Origin: Planctomycetota bacterium
GTDB taxonomy: Bacteria; Planctomycetota; SZUA-567; H5-PLA8
Direction: 5' to 3'
Assembly: GCA_038227875.1 (NCBI GenBank)
Contig: JBBRPR010000012.1
Location: 1-64,000, forward strand
DNA: 64,000 bases
The notes beneath the pieces are model-generated. The model had not been told where the DNA came from and did no database searches. It saw only the letters and a program-made list of their open reading frames with translations. Made by a program: the position numbers and the translations under genes. Positions 53,865 to 64,000 of this stretch are shown here, piece after piece (positions within the stretch are counted from its first letter, which is position 1; every line of letters begins with the position of its first letter).

Positions 53865-56276
53865 ATGAAATCCTTCTATGCCGTCACGCTTTTGATCGCG
53901 AGTATGACGCTGCTGAACAGTACGGCGCCTGCATTTGGAGTCGAGCAGCTGGACCGCGTGATCTCGATGACCGGAGGCGGAAGCACTCTGTCTTATAACA
54001 TCGCCACGGCGATGAAGAGCACTGGCGTCTCCACCACCGCGACCGGAAAAGTTAAAGCGAAACTGACTCGAAAAGGGACGGCCATCAATGAACAGTTGAC
54101 GATTCAACTGCTCAACCTGGTTCCCAATTCTCCCTATCAGCTCATGGCCTTCATCGGCGACAGCGCGACTCCGACACTGTTAAACGGATTCACTACCAAC
54201 GCCGATGGAACCTTCACCAGCACGCTGAAATCGATGGGTGGAAACGCCAATCCCGCGTTGCTCAATGCGCTGGGTGTGCTCAGCAATGTGCGCGAAATCG
54301 ATATTGTCAATGGCGCTGGTCAAACGGTGCTCCAGGCGGACATGGTTGATCCGGACAAGCTGACGAGTTCCTTTAAGCGTCGGCTGGACAACACCGGAAT
54401 TGTGGTGGCTGCCATCGGCACGCTTCAAATTAAAGCGACCCAAAAGGGAATTCGCTTCCAATTGCAGGTCAGCGGCTTGACGCCATTAACGCCTTATCAA
54501 TTTCTGTGCAACGGACAGGTGTTGCAGAAGTTCACTTCGGACAAGAAGGGGAAACTGAAGTTCAAGCTGACGATTCCGTCTGGCGGCAATCCGGATACGT
54601 CGCTGGATGTATTCGATATTCGCGAGCTTTCGCTGACTGATGTAACCGGCGCAGTCGTGATTCTGCTGACGGGCGACAGTTTTCCGACGGTCATTTCCAC
54701 CACGCCGATCAGTGGCGCAACTGGCGCGGCCATCAACGGAACCATCACCGCGACGTTCAACAAAGCGATGGATCCGTCCACGCTCAGCGCGACGACGTTT
54801 ACCGTGCAGCAGGGAACCACCACGTACGCTGGCACGGTGACTTACAGTGGAACGACCGCGACGTTCGCGCTGGCCAGCAATCTGCCCGCGAATACCGTCA
54901 TTACCGCGACGATCACAACCGGCGCTAAAGATGTTGCCGGCACACCGCTGGCGTCGAATTACAGCTGGACGTTTACCACGCTATTTCTATCCAACGGAAA
55001 TCCGCCTCGCGTGATTGCGACCGCGCCGGCCGACAAGGCCACAAACGTAGCGTTGAATCGTTCCGTTACCGCCACCTTTGATAAGGCGATGGACGGGACG
55101 ACGATTAACACGACGACGTTCACGGTAACGCAGGGCGTCACGCCGATTTCCGGTGCAGTGACCTATTCCGGCGTAACCGCGGTTTTCAAGCCCACCACGA
55201 ATTTCGCCGCCAACTCTCTATTTACTGCCACGATTACCACCGGAGTCAAAGACTCGGTGGGGAATGCGCTGCTCAACAATTACACGTGGGCATTCACCAC
55301 GGGTTCGACCGCCGACGCAATTCCTCCTACGGTGCTTTCCACCAACCCAAATAACGCTGCAACCAATGTCGCGATCAATCAAACCACCAATGCCACCTTC
55401 AGTGAAGGGATGGACCCGCAAACATTCATTGCCTCCAATTTCTTCCTGACAGGACCTGGTGCGACGCCGGTTTCCGGAACGGTGGCCTACGACGTCAATA
55501 GCAACATCGGCAGCTTCGTCCCGTCGAGTAATCTCGCGCCTAATACCCTGTTTACGGCGACGGTGACGACCGGAGTCACGGACCTTGCTGGCAACGCGCT
55601 GGCGGCGAATAAGGTGTGGACGTTCACCACGGGAACGCAGCTGAATCAGACAAAGATCAACCTTGGGTCGGCAGGAAATTTCGCGACTCTAGCGGGGTCG
55701 ACGGTCACCAGCGTGGGTCCGACGGTGTTGAACGGCGATTTGGGAGTCAGTCCGGGTACGGCCGTGACCGGCTTCCCGCCCGGAATGATCAACGGAGCGA
55801 TTCACGCGGGCGACAACACCGCCGCTCAGGCCAAGGTCGATCTGCTCGCCGCGTACAACGACGGCGCTTCGCGCCTGAACCCCGCGGTGCTTCCGGGAAA
55901 TCTCGGCGGTCTCACGCTCACCCCAGGACTCTACAAGACCGCAAGTTCAACCGGCATCAACGGAACCGGGCCGCAAGCAATCTTGACGCTCGACGCGCAA
56001 GGCGACGCCAACGCCATTTTCGTCTTCCAAATGGGGACCACGCTGATCACGACCGTCGGCACTCAAGTTGTGCTCAGTGGAGGCGCGAAGGCCGCGAACA
56101 TTTACTGGCAGGTCGGATCGTCGGCGACGCTGGGCACGAACTCGATCTTCAAGGGCAACGTTCTGGCCGACCAATCCATCACGGTGACCACCGGCGTGGT
56201 GCTGGAAGGACGCGTGCTCACTCAAGTCGGTGGCGTGACATTGGACTCCAACACCATTACATCGCCGGCGCCTTGA
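53865..56276 (+). CDS. Ice-binding protein (DUF3494) with three Ig-like (Big_5) domains
   Basis: Signal peptide. Three ATFxxxMD...YxWxFTT repeats. DUF3494 motifs NLGSAGNFATLAGSTVT, LTPGLYK, ANIYWQVGSSATLG. Confidence 0.92.
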   Translation: MKSFYAVTLLIASMTLLNSTAPAFGVEQLDRVISMTGGGSTLSYNIATAMKSTGVSTTATGKVKAKLTRKGTAINEQLTIQLLNLVPNSPYQLMAFIGDSATPTLLNGFTTNADGTFTSTLKSMGGNANPALLNALGVLSNVREIDIVNGAGQTVLQADMVDPDKLTSSFKRRLDNTGIVVAAIGTLQIKATQKGIRFQLQVSGLTPLTPYQFLCNGQVLQKFTSDKKGKLKFKLTIPSGGNPDTSLDVFDIRELSLTDVTGAVVILLTGDSFPTVISTTPISGATGAAINGTITATFNKAMDPSTLSATTFTVQQGTTTYAGTVTYSGTTATFALASNLPANTVITATITTGAKDVAGTPLASNYSWTFTTLFLSNGNPPRVIATAPADKATNVALNRSVTATFDKAMDGTTINTTTFTVTQGVTPISGAVTYSGVTAVFKPTTNFAANSLFTATITTGVKDSVGNALLNNYTWAFTTGSTADAIPPTVLSTNPNNAATNVAINQTTNATFSEGMDPQTFIASNFFLTGPGATPVSGTVAYDVNSNIGSFVPSSNLAPNTLFTATVTTGVTDLAGNALAANKVWTFTTGTQLNQTKINLGSAGNFATLAGSTVTSVGPTVLNGDLGVSPGTAVTGFPPGMINGAIHAGDNTAAQAKVDLLAAYNDGASRLNPAVLPGNLGGLTLTPGLYKTASSTGINGTGPQAILTLDAQGDANAIFVFQMGTTLITTVGTQVVLSGGAKAANIYWQVGSSATLGTNSIFKGNVLADQSITVTTGVVLEGRVLTQVGGVTLDSNTITSPAP

Positions 56277-56314
56277 ACAGCCGGCGGTTTGTTCGTCAAT
56301 CTTAGGAGGTGCTC

Positions 56315-57841
56315 GTGAAAACCAAATTTGGACTCTTGTGCGCAGCGATATTCGTGGGATCACTTGCGTTAACACACAGCGCCCATGCCGCAGGTGTAGC
56401 GGCGGACAAAATTCATTTCAAAGACAAGGTGGATAAGGAATCCACCAGCCAGTTGCAAATGTCCTTTGCCGCGGTCAATGTCATCGGCTTGCCCACCACG
56501 GGCAAGAAACTGGTGCCGACGCTGGCCGGACAGACGGTGACGTTCACCCTCGGAAGCGCTTCGTTTCAAGGCACTGCCGATTCGAAGGGCAAGGTTGCCG
56601 CGCCGTTTAACGCCATGCTCCACGGCACCACATTTACGCTGAAGTACAAAGGCCTCCTGTTGATTTCGCTTTTGCCGCTTGCAACCGCCGACGGCAAGGA
56701 CAAGACCGTTGCCGCGCATTTCAGTGTAACAGCCAATCTGGCCGGCCAGGCGCAAGTGGTCCTGGTGGACAAGACGGTGGTCCTGATTTACACAGCCCGG
56801 AACGGGAACATTACGGGCAAAGGCCCGGCTCCTGAGCTGGACACAGTAAGTCCGACGGTGCTCTCGACCAATCCCGCAAACGGCGCCACAAATGCGCCCA
56901 TCAACCGGAATATCACCGCGACATTCAGCGAGAAGATGGACGCGTCCACGCTGAACACGTCTTCCATGACCGTGTTGCAGGGGAGCACGCCGGTTGCCGG
57001 CACTGTCAGCTATTCGGGCTCCACAGCCGTGTTCAAACCTACCGCTCCGTTGATTTTGAATGCCGCGTACACGGCTTCGATCGCCACCGGCGCCAAGGAC
57101 CTGGCGGGCAATCCGCTAGGCGCCACATTTACCTGGACTTTCAATACCGGCGCCGTCGCTGCTGCGGGACCTGCTCCAGTCGTGCTCGGTGCGGCCGGTA
57201 GCTTTGCGATCCTGGCGAAATCGGGAATAGATACCGTGCCGACCTCGGCCATCACCGGAAATATCGGCGTCAGTCCTGTGGCCGCCACGTTTATTACTGG
57301 CTTTGCCTTGGTCGCCGATTCCTCAAATGTGTTTTCAACGTCTACGCAGGTGACCGGGAAGGTGTTCGCCTCCGATTACGCCGTTCCCACTCCGGTTAAT
57401 CTGACGACGGCCGTCAACGATATGGAGACCGCCTACACCGACGCCGCGGGACGCCCCACGCCGGATTTCTCCGATCTGGGCGCCGGCAACATCAGCGGCC
57501 TGACACTGGTTCCCGGGCTTTACAAATGGGGCACGGGTCTTTCCATTAACACGGATGTCACGCTCAGCGGCGGACCCAACGACGTCTGGATTTTCCAGGT
57601 GGGTCAAGGCATTACGGAAGCCAATGGTGCGCACATTATTCTCACCGGCGGCGCGCTGCCTCAGAACATCTTCTGGCAATCTGCTGGAGTGGTGGCGATG
57701 GGAACGACGGCGCATTTCGAAGGTGTGGTGATGTCTCAGACGTCGATTACGCTGGACACCGGCGCCACGATTAACGGCCGATTGCTGGCGCAAACGGCAG
57801 TCACGCTGAAGTCAGCCACAGTAAGTCAGCCCGCGCAGTAG
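56315..57841 (+). CDS. Ice-binding protein (DUF3494) with one Big_5 domain
   Basis: GTG at 56315 (or 56309) after AGGAGG. FAILAKSGI, ITGNIGVSP, LVPGLYKW, NIFWQ, INGRLLAQTAVTL. Confidence 0.92.
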   Translation: MKTKFGLLCAAIFVGSLALTHSAHAAGVAADKIHFKDKVDKESTSQLQMSFAAVNVIGLPTTGKKLVPTLAGQTVTFTLGSASFQGTADSKGKVAAPFNAMLHGTTFTLKYKGLLLISLLPLATADGKDKTVAAHFSVTANLAGQAQVVLVDKTVVLIYTARNGNITGKGPAPELDTVSPTVLSTNPANGATNAPINRNITATFSEKMDASTLNTSSMTVLQGSTPVAGTVSYSGSTAVFKPTAPLILNAAYTASIATGAKDLAGNPLGATFTWTFNTGAVAAAGPAPVVLGAAGSFAILAKSGIDTVPTSAITGNIGVSPVAATFITGFALVADSSNVFSTSTQVTGKVFASDYAVPTPVNLTTAVNDMETAYTDAAGRPTPDFSDLGAGNISGLTLVPGLYKWGTGLSINTDVTLSGGPNDVWIFQVGQGITEANGAHIILTGGALPQNIFWQSAGVVAMGTTAHFEGVVMSQTSITLDTGATINGRLLAQTAVTLKSATVSQPAQ

Positions 57842-57990
57842 TAGTCATGCTATCGGCTTTTATTAAATGCGCACGATTGATGAAATCGTGCGCATGGTTT
57901 TTGATATTTGTCACAGCGGTGTACTTACTCACTACTTTCCATCAACCGAATACTTCTTCCAGCTCCCGTTATTCGTTCGAAGAATGCGCG

Positions 57991-58431
57991 TTAAACTTTA
58001 TTGCTAAACCAAATTTCGCAGGGGCCAAGAAGTCCCGGATTTCCAATATTTTGGAAAGCGCGGAACAAGCTCTTTGGGCGGAAGCGCTGGAACATGCGAA
58101 ATCCGCATTGGCCGGTGCGCTCGGCGGCTTCAACCAGGACGGCGGGCGATTTTTCGCTATCGATGGTTACTGCGCCATCGTAAACGAGCGCGTAGCTGCA
58201 AACAGTATCCGGCAATTCTGAGATATGTTTTCGCGCTTCTTCCACGGCTTCCGCGGGCGAGTTCCCTGTCATGAATCGGTGGAGTTCGCGCGAGCCGCCC
58301 CTTTTTTCGAACATGACAAAGGGAATAAGCGGTGAGCCGGCATCTTTAATGGAATCGATACCGTGATCCATCGCGGGCCAGAGTAGGTTCAAAAGTCTTT
58401 CTGTGGGACGCGGTCGGTCTGGTGTGGTCAT
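57991..58431 (-). CDS. Hypothetical protein
   Basis: 146-aa ORF with a globular composition (PLIPFV, YALVYDG, AVLVEA, GNPGLLG). Lower GC. GAGGA upstream. Confidence 0.6.
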   Translation of the reverse strand: MTTPDRPRPTERLLNLLWPAMDHGIDSIKDAGSPLIPFVMFEKRGGSRELHRFMTGNSPAEAVEEARKHISELPDTVCSYALVYDGAVTIDSEKSPAVLVEAAERTGQCGFRMFQRFRPKSLFRAFQNIGNPGLLGPCEIWFSNKV

Positions 58432-58748
58432 AGACTAGACCTTGTTTCCTCATAGTCGTAGCGATTCAGAATTAGCGCGACCAAGACATTAATCTAATGC
58501 GCTGGGACTCGCAATGCATCGTTATGTATATATGGAATTCGACGCTACTTATGGACGGAACCCGCGATAGGGTACTTTGCAATGCACATGTGCCTCCTCG
58601 CTATCTTTTTGCACATCATGTCCTTTCCTAGAGTGGCGGATATAAAACAAGGGTTTATAGTGGGTTCCAAAATTGATCGCAGCATGACCATGGGTTTTCG
58701 ACGTCTTAGACAAATGGCCTTTTTGCTTTCCGGGCAGTGGAGCTTTTG

Positions 58749-60599
58749 ATGGCGACTGGACTGGGAATCGACGTCGGGTCGGAGTCGATCAAAGTTGTTC
58801 AAGTTAAGGTGTCCGGTGGCGTCGTCACGGTCACGGGCGCGATCAAAATTCCGCGCGGGCCCATCGATCACGGGCCGGCGACCGGACCGGTGATGAAGCG
58901 TGACGGGCAGAGCTTCAGTCTCACTGAACAGGCTCCGCCTGCGGAAGAATCCCACGCGCCGCCGGCGTTTTCCATTCCGGATACGCTGGGCGAAGAACTC
59001 AAGAAAGCCAATCTCCGCCGCTCGGGGACGCTGGGAATTTCCGGGCGCGAAGTGATCTTGAAGTACCTGCTCACGCCGCCGATGCCGCCGTTGAAGATGA
59101 AGATGTTCATCGACATGGAAATTGGCGGCAAGATGGGTTCCAAGCAGGCAGTCGATTCCACCTACGATTACAAAGCGCTGAACATGCCGCTGGGTCTGCG
59201 CAACGACCTGGTGATCATGGCGGGGATGTGCAAGAACGAGCACCTCTATGCGGTCAACCAGGCGATGACCGAGGCGAAGGTCACGGCGAAGGTGATCACG
59301 CCGTCGAGCTTCGGGCTGATCAACGCGTACTTGAAGACGCAGACGCCTCCGCCGAATGAAACGGTGGTGCTCGTCGACGTCGGCCATGAACTGATGGAAA
59401 TTGCGATTCTGGAAGAGAATCGTGTCTACTTCGCACGCAGCGCGCCGGGCGGTGGAAAGAAGTTCACAACGGGCATCGAGAAGATATTGAAGTGCGGGAT
59501 GGTCAAGGCGGCGGAGTTCAAGCACGAACGCGCCAAGATTTTTGCGGAAGGCGAAAAGATTCCCGGCAAGCAGGAGCTGGCATTCCAGGCGGCGCTGAAA
59601 GAAGGCGCGGACAACATCGCCGGCGCGATACGATCGTCGGTGACCTTCTGCCGCACGCAGGCGAAGCTGCCGAAGCTCGATTACAATCGCGTGATCCTGT
59701 GCGGCGGCGGTGCGCGGCTGACGGGATTGCCGGAGTACCTCGAGAAGAAGATCGGCAAGCCGGTGCAGGTGCTGGATCTGGCGAAGGATCTGGATCTTCG
59801 CAAGCTGGACGCGGCCAGCGCGAAGTGCTTCGAAGGCAATGTGCCGGACATGGATGTGGCGCTGGGCCTGGCGATCATTGACGCGGATCCGTCGAGCTTC
59901 CACTTTTCGCTCGTGCCGGAAAAAGTGCTGCGCAAGCGCGTCTTCTTCCAGAAGACCGTTTACGGCATGGCGGCGGGCGTGGTGCTGGCGGTGGGGCTGA
60001 TTACGCCGTGGATGAATTCGTCGAAGGCCGTGGAATTGCAGTCGGCGCGCGCGGACGACTTTGCGCAGCTGGAAAAGGAAGCGCGGGAGAAGAAGAAATC
60101 GTTCCGCGCGAAGATTGAGGAAAATCAGGCATTGGCGCGGAAGGTTGACTACTACGCGCGGCAGACGCGCACGGGCCGTGCGTACCTGGATTTGTTCACG
60201 AAGCTCCGTGCAGAACTGCCTGCCGATGCGCAGGTGGTGTTCTTCGGTCCCACGACCGAAGCGCACAACAACAGCGGCGGATCGATGTCCTCCCCCGACG
60301 AAGCGGTGCGCGAAGTGACCGTGGAAGGGCATTACGATACGGATGTTTACCCGGGGACAAAGTTCCAGGACGCGTATGAAATACTGCGCAAGAAACTGCT
60401 GGAGATTCCGGGCATCTCGGATGTGACGTTCGTTGATAAGAACGATGCCAATCCCAAGCCGGGGAGCAAGGAATTCGAATTTAAAATCATGCTGCAGGAT
60501 AACAGTAAGCCGCTGACGGCGGTAAACGCGGCTCCGGCGGCGTCGGCGGACAAGCCGGCCAATCCGGGCAATGCCAATCTCGCTCAGAAAGGTGAATGA
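58749..60599 (+). CDS. pilM: Type IV pilus assembly PilM actin-like ATPase with fused PilN-like C-terminal part
   Basis: GLGIDVGSESIKVV, VVLVDVG, ILCGGGARLTGL. Then FSLVP (equivalent of PilN INLLP), a TM helix, a coiled coil and a periplasmic domain. Confidence 0.85.
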   Translation: MATGLGIDVGSESIKVVQVKVSGGVVTVTGAIKIPRGPIDHGPATGPVMKRDGQSFSLTEQAPPAEESHAPPAFSIPDTLGEELKKANLRRSGTLGISGREVILKYLLTPPMPPLKMKMFIDMEIGGKMGSKQAVDSTYDYKALNMPLGLRNDLVIMAGMCKNEHLYAVNQAMTEAKVTAKVITPSSFGLINAYLKTQTPPPNETVVLVDVGHELMEIAILEENRVYFARSAPGGGKKFTTGIEKILKCGMVKAAEFKHERAKIFAEGEKIPGKQELAFQAALKEGADNIAGAIRSSVTFCRTQAKLPKLDYNRVILCGGGARLTGLPEYLEKKIGKPVQVLDLAKDLDLRKLDAASAKCFEGNVPDMDVALGLAIIDADPSSFHFSLVPEKVLRKRVFFQKTVYGMAAGVVLAVGLITPWMNSSKAVELQSARADDFAQLEKEAREKKKSFRAKIEENQALARKVDYYARQTRTGRAYLDLFTKLRAELPADAQVVFFGPTTEAHNNSGGSMSSPDEAVREVTVEGHYDTDVYPGTKFQDAYEILRKKLLEIPGISDVTFVDKNDANPKPGSKEFEFKIMLQDNSKPLTAVNAAPAASADKPANPGNANLAQKGE

Positions 60600-61585
60600 T
60601 GTTCTTTCACGAGAACAAAAAACTGATTCTGGGCGCGGCGGTGGGGCTGGGAATCTGGCTATGCGTCGTGTTCATGGGGATCAACAGCAACTGGGCGGTG
60701 CAGGCGCAGAAGCTGAAAGAGACCGAGACGGCGCGACAGAATTGGGACGGCTATTTCATCGCGAAGACCGGTCCCAAGCAGATGCCCAAGAAGGACGCCG
60801 AAAACGAAATCGAACTTTCCAATGCGAAGCTCAAGCAGAACCTGGGTGTGTTGCAGCATCTTGAGTTTGGCACGCCCGATACGCTTCGGACGTTCCAGGA
60901 AGCGGCAGCCGGCAGCGGTGACAAGAAAAGTTATTTCATTCAGCAACGCACGCTGGTTGAGCAGAAGGCGACCACGCAGTGGCACTTGAAGGTTCCGCCG
61001 GATCTGGACATGGTCTCCCGCGCCGACGATCCGGTCAGCCTGAATCTGATGCGCCTGGCGCTCGTGGACAAGTTTCTGCTCTCCTGCCAGGAAGCAAACA
61101 TTCAGCGGGTCACCAAGATCAAGTATGACACGCCGACAGTGATCGAGCCGCCGGAGATCAAGGCGGACCCGAATTCAAAAGACAAGGACGCGAAGGAAGC
61201 GAAGTACGATCCCAAAACGGACGCATCGAAAAAGGGCGGCAAGCCCGCACCGGCGCCGGAAGCGCAGGATAAGTTGATCCAGTTTCCCATTCGCGTGACC
61301 GTGATCGGCCCCGAGCGCGCCGTGGCGCAGTTGTTATTCGAAGTTCAGAAACAGACAGATCATATTCACGGCTATTTTTGCATTAACTCCGTCCGGGTTG
61401 AAATCAACGATGCGGCGACGGGTACGGTGAGAGGAACTCTGGCCTTGTCGGGCTTGCTATCGGAGAAACAGGCCAACGACATGCAGATCAAGTTGAAGAC
61501 CACGACCGGTGGCAGTGGAACAGGCGGCAGCGGAGGCGACGACGATACGCGTCCGTCGCGGAACGTGGATCCGGACAAGTATTGA
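60596..61585 (+). CDS. PilO/GspM-like membrane-anchored assembly protein
   Basis: ATGA overlap with pilM. N-terminal TM plus coiled coil. FPIRVTVIGPERAVAQLLFEV resembles the PilO core. Confidence 0.6.
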   Translation: MMFFHENKKLILGAAVGLGIWLCVVFMGINSNWAVQAQKLKETETARQNWDGYFIAKTGPKQMPKKDAENEIELSNAKLKQNLGVLQHLEFGTPDTLRTFQEAAAGSGDKKSYFIQQRTLVEQKATTQWHLKVPPDLDMVSRADDPVSLNLMRLALVDKFLLSCQEANIQRVTKIKYDTPTVIEPPEIKADPNSKDKDAKEAKYDPKTDASKKGGKPAPAPEAQDKLIQFPIRVTVIGPERAVAQLLFEVQKQTDHIHGYFCINSVRVEINDAATGTVRGTLALSGLLSEKQANDMQIKLKTTTGGSGTGGSGGDDDTRPSRNVDPDKY

Positions 61586-61624
61586 GGCGTGATAATTTTC
61601 AGTGCGTAGCGAGAGGCGATCACG

Positions 61625-62092
61625 ATGTCGGGCGTAATGATGATGGTTCACGAGCAGTTCGGGCGCATCCTGCTGGCGTTGGCGGTGGTGCTGACGATGG
61701 TGCTCTGGTCGCAGAATGGTTCTCTGGACCTCGCCCCCGTGGCGCAGCAGGACTTGAACCGTCAGGTGCTGGTTGACCTGGATAAGAATGCGCTGCCCAC
61801 AGCCAGCCAGGAAAAGTTCTACGCCAGCGGTACCGGTTCGGATTATGCCGGCGGACAGCGCTACATTTTCGTGGCGGAGAAGAAGCTCATTCCTTTCCAG
61901 CCGGTGGAACTGGACGTGCCGTCGGCCAACGTCACGCAGCCGGCGCAGATTCTGCCTGAACCAGGGCCGACGCTGGAAGGTTCGACCAAGCTGCCGCGTT
62001 TTGGTGACGAATTTCCACCGGTTGCGCTGACACCGAAAGATCCAAAAGACCCCAAGGACCCGAAGTCGGATCCCAAAGACCCCAAAAAGTAA
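61625..62092 (+). CDS. Membrane-anchored Pro-rich protein in the pil operon
   Basis: N-terminal TM and a C-terminal (KDP)n tail. Confidence 0.6.
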   Translation: MSGVMMMVHEQFGRILLALAVVLTMVLWSQNGSLDLAPVAQQDLNRQVLVDLDKNALPTASQEKFYASGTGSDYAGGQRYIFVAEKKLIPFQPVELDVPSANVTQPAQILPEPGPTLEGSTKLPRFGDEFPPVALTPKDPKDPKDPKSDPKDPKK

Positions 62093-62119
62093 AACGGTGC
62101 TCGACGGAGACTTCTTGGC

Positions 62120-64000
62120 ATGGCAGCGCAGCACGGCCGGACAAAAGGACGTCTTACTAAGATGAGAACCGCGACCGCACTTCCCTTATTGATTCTACTG
62201 ACCGGTGCGGCGCTGAGCATTTCGTGCCGCGCGGAGTCCGATCCGGACTTCGAACTGCGCCAGTACTCCGAAGTGTATTACAACGACGGTCGCAAGGAAG
62301 TTGGCGTGGTCACCCCGACCGACGACTCGTCCGTATTTAAAATCAAGGCGGTGCGCACGCAGATTTCCCACGACTTCAACATGCGTGACGTGAAGGAAAA
62401 GCGCGACCAGCGCACGGCCGACACAGCGATGGACGACTTCGCCAAGGACTGGAACAAGAGCAAGAATGCCACGCTGCTCCTCAAGCGCATGAAGTACGCG
62501 TGGGAGCATTGGAACATGCAGAAAAAAGTCGTGGCGCTGCTGGAAACGGCCGCGACGTCCAACGACCCCGACGTCCTGGAGTACCTCGCTGAGCTGTACA
62601 TGCAGGGCAATCGCGCCAGGGACGCGCAGCGCATCGGCGACGCCCTGGTAGCCGCCGCGCCGCAGCGGGCTCGCGCGTACATGTGGCGTGGCAAGGCGTT
62701 GCTGGAGCAGGGGAATCTGGCGGCGGCCGAAGGGGATCTCAAGAAAGCGTTTGAGATGGCCCCGACCGACGAGCAGGTGATGCTCGCCCGCAGCAAGTAC
62801 CTGGTCGCGGCAGGTCATCCCGACGAAGCCAACAAGATGTTGACGACGGTGATTTCCAAGAGCCCTCAAAACGCCAGCGCGATGGTGCAGCGCGGCATCG
62901 TGCTGCTCAACCAGGGCGATTTCGAAGCTGCGGAACAGGCGTTTGTCGCCGCGCCGCTCGACAATGACGAAGGACAGATCGGGCTGGCCGCGACGAAGCT
63001 GATGCGCAAGCAGTACGACGACGCCTACCGCATTGCCGAAGGCGTGCTGAGCAAGCATCCCAAATCGGCGGAAGCATACGAGATCGAAGCATTCGCGAAG
63101 CTGCTCAGCGGCGACAAGGAATCGCTCGACAAGTTCGAAGAGAAAATAACCAACGCGTTCAAAGAGCGCGCCGATCAGCCGCGTCTGCTGCTGGCCTATG
63201 CGGTTGGACTGGAACGCGAAGCCAAGTACATCGAGCTTGTGGGCGGCAAGACTGCACCCGACGATGCGAAGGCCAAGCGCGACCAGGCGGCGGCCAAGTA
63301 CAAGGAGCTCTTCGCCAAGGACACTTCCGACGCCTACTTGAAATACTTTGTCGGTGAATGGTTCTTCCGCAAGGGCGACTACGCCGCGGCCGAAGATGCG
63401 TTTAACAAAGTTGCGACGCTGTCTCCGAGCTACGCGCCGGGATTGGCAGCGGCGGGCGCCACAGCGCTGCGGTTGCGCAAGTGGGAGGCGGCTCAGAAAT
63501 TTTACGAAGCGGCCGGCGGACTGGATCCGTCCAGTGGCGAATACCAGGCGGGGCAGGGGTTGGCGCTGCTGGGCCAGAAGGATCTCGGCAAGGCGAAGGA
63601 GAAGCTTGGCCGCGCGTTAACGCTGGAGCCCAAGAACGTCAGTGCGCTCAGCGGACTCGGTTACATCTCCAACAATGCCCGCGACAAGGACTCCGCCGTG
63701 GCGTTTTTCGAACAGGCGCTGGCCGTTGACGGACGCTGCAGTTACGCCGCTGACGCACTGAAGAAAATTTATGCGCAGAGCAACCTCGACCTGGAGTACC
63801 AGACCTTCGACGAAAGTCTTGCGCCGCCGGGCTGGCAGGGCAAGGGGCGCGGCATGATCAAGCCGGTGTTGCAGGACGGCCACATCGTTTTCGCGGGGAC
63901 TCAAGGTTCCAGCCAGGGCGACGTGGTGGATTTCACCAAAGAAGTGCGCACCGATGCGTTCGTGCGGCTGGAAGCGGATATCAATGTGCCGGTCGGCATG
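62120..64000 (+). CDS. Large exported TPR protein, truncated by the right edge
   Basis: Not in the ORF track because it has no stop. ATG at 62120 or 62162. MRTATALPLLILLTGAALSISCRAE signal, followed by TPRs such as AYMWRGKALLEQGNLAAAEGDLKKAFEMAP. Confidence 0.8.
   Translation, partial: MAAQHGRTKGRLTKMRTATALPLLILLTGAALSISCRAESDPDFELRQYSEVYYNDGRKEVGVVTPTDDSSVFKIKAVRTQISHDFNMRDVKEKRDQRTADTAMDDFAKDWNKSKNATLLLKRMKYAWEHWNMQKKVVALLETAATSNDPDVLEYLAELYMQGNRARDAQRIGDALVAAAPQRARAYMWRGKALLEQGNLAAAEGDLKKAFEMAPTDEQVMLARSKYLVAAGHPDEANKMLTTVISKSPQNASAMVQRGIVLLNQGDFEAAEQAFVAAPLDNDEGQIGLAATKLMRKQYDDAYRIAEGVLSKHPKSAEAYEIEAFAKLLSGDKESLDKFEEKITNAFKERADQPRLLLAYAVGLEREAKYIELVGGKTAPDDAKAKRDQAAAKYKELFAKDTSDAYLKYFVGEWFFRKGDYAAAEDAFNKVATLSPSYAPGLAAAGATALRLRKWEAAQKFYEAAGGLDPSSGEYQAGQGLALLGQKDLGKAKEKLGRALTLEPKNVSALSGLGYISNNARDKDSAVAFFEQALAVDGRCSYAADALKKIYAQSNLDLEYQTFDESLAPPGWQGKGRGMIKPVLQDGHIVFAGTQGSSQGDVVDFTKEVRTDAFVRLEADINVPVGM

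Noticed and set aside
57847..58221. 124-aa plus-strand ORF after the second ice-binding gene
   Set aside because: It overlaps the more protein-like minus-strand ORF 57991-58431 and runs through a hairpin at about 57868-57896.

Overview
GC-rich bacterial chromosomal window. It is probably from a Planctomycetota-like organism; this is inferred from the PEGA/TPR/HEAT/Zn-ribbon protein styles and REP/heptamer intergenic repeats. From left to right: (1) the right end of a lower-GC integrative element (1-~2500) carrying the 5' end of a STAND/NACHT-type P-loop NTPase missing from the ORF track, a basic AT-hook-like protein and a tyrosine integrase followed by att-like motifs; (2) redox and hydrolase genes (PIG-L deacetylase, nitroreductase, peroxiredoxin, PhyH dioxygenase, double alpha/beta hydrolase) and a stand-alone STAS protein; (3) an unusual three-gene signalling operon: HU/IHF-like + atypical receiver + RsbW-type kinase, then STAS + Zn-ribbon + degenerate RsbW-like domain, then an ATPase-less MshEN/GspE-N protein; (4) an envelope cluster of two near-identical ~1000-aa LamG/DUF1080-like proteins and three paralogous PEGA-PEGA-TPR proteins; (5) a tandem glycine riboswitch and gcvT-gcvH-gcvPA-gcvPB; (6) a giant C39-peptidase/TPR protein; (7) a repeat-rich lower-GC islet with SUKH and DUF5076-like genes; (8) lolC/E-lolD, an FHA-GAF-HD-GYP-like gene, a PrsW protease, a beta-propeller phosphoesterase and two DUF3494 ice-binding proteins; (9) the start of a pilM(N)-pilO-like operon running off the right edge. 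No rRNA, tRNA or CRISPR array was seen. The best candidate for an undescribed system is the HU-REC-RsbW / STAS-ZnR-pseudokinase / MshEN operon at 13040-16652. All domain calls were made by eye from motifs; no database searches were run.
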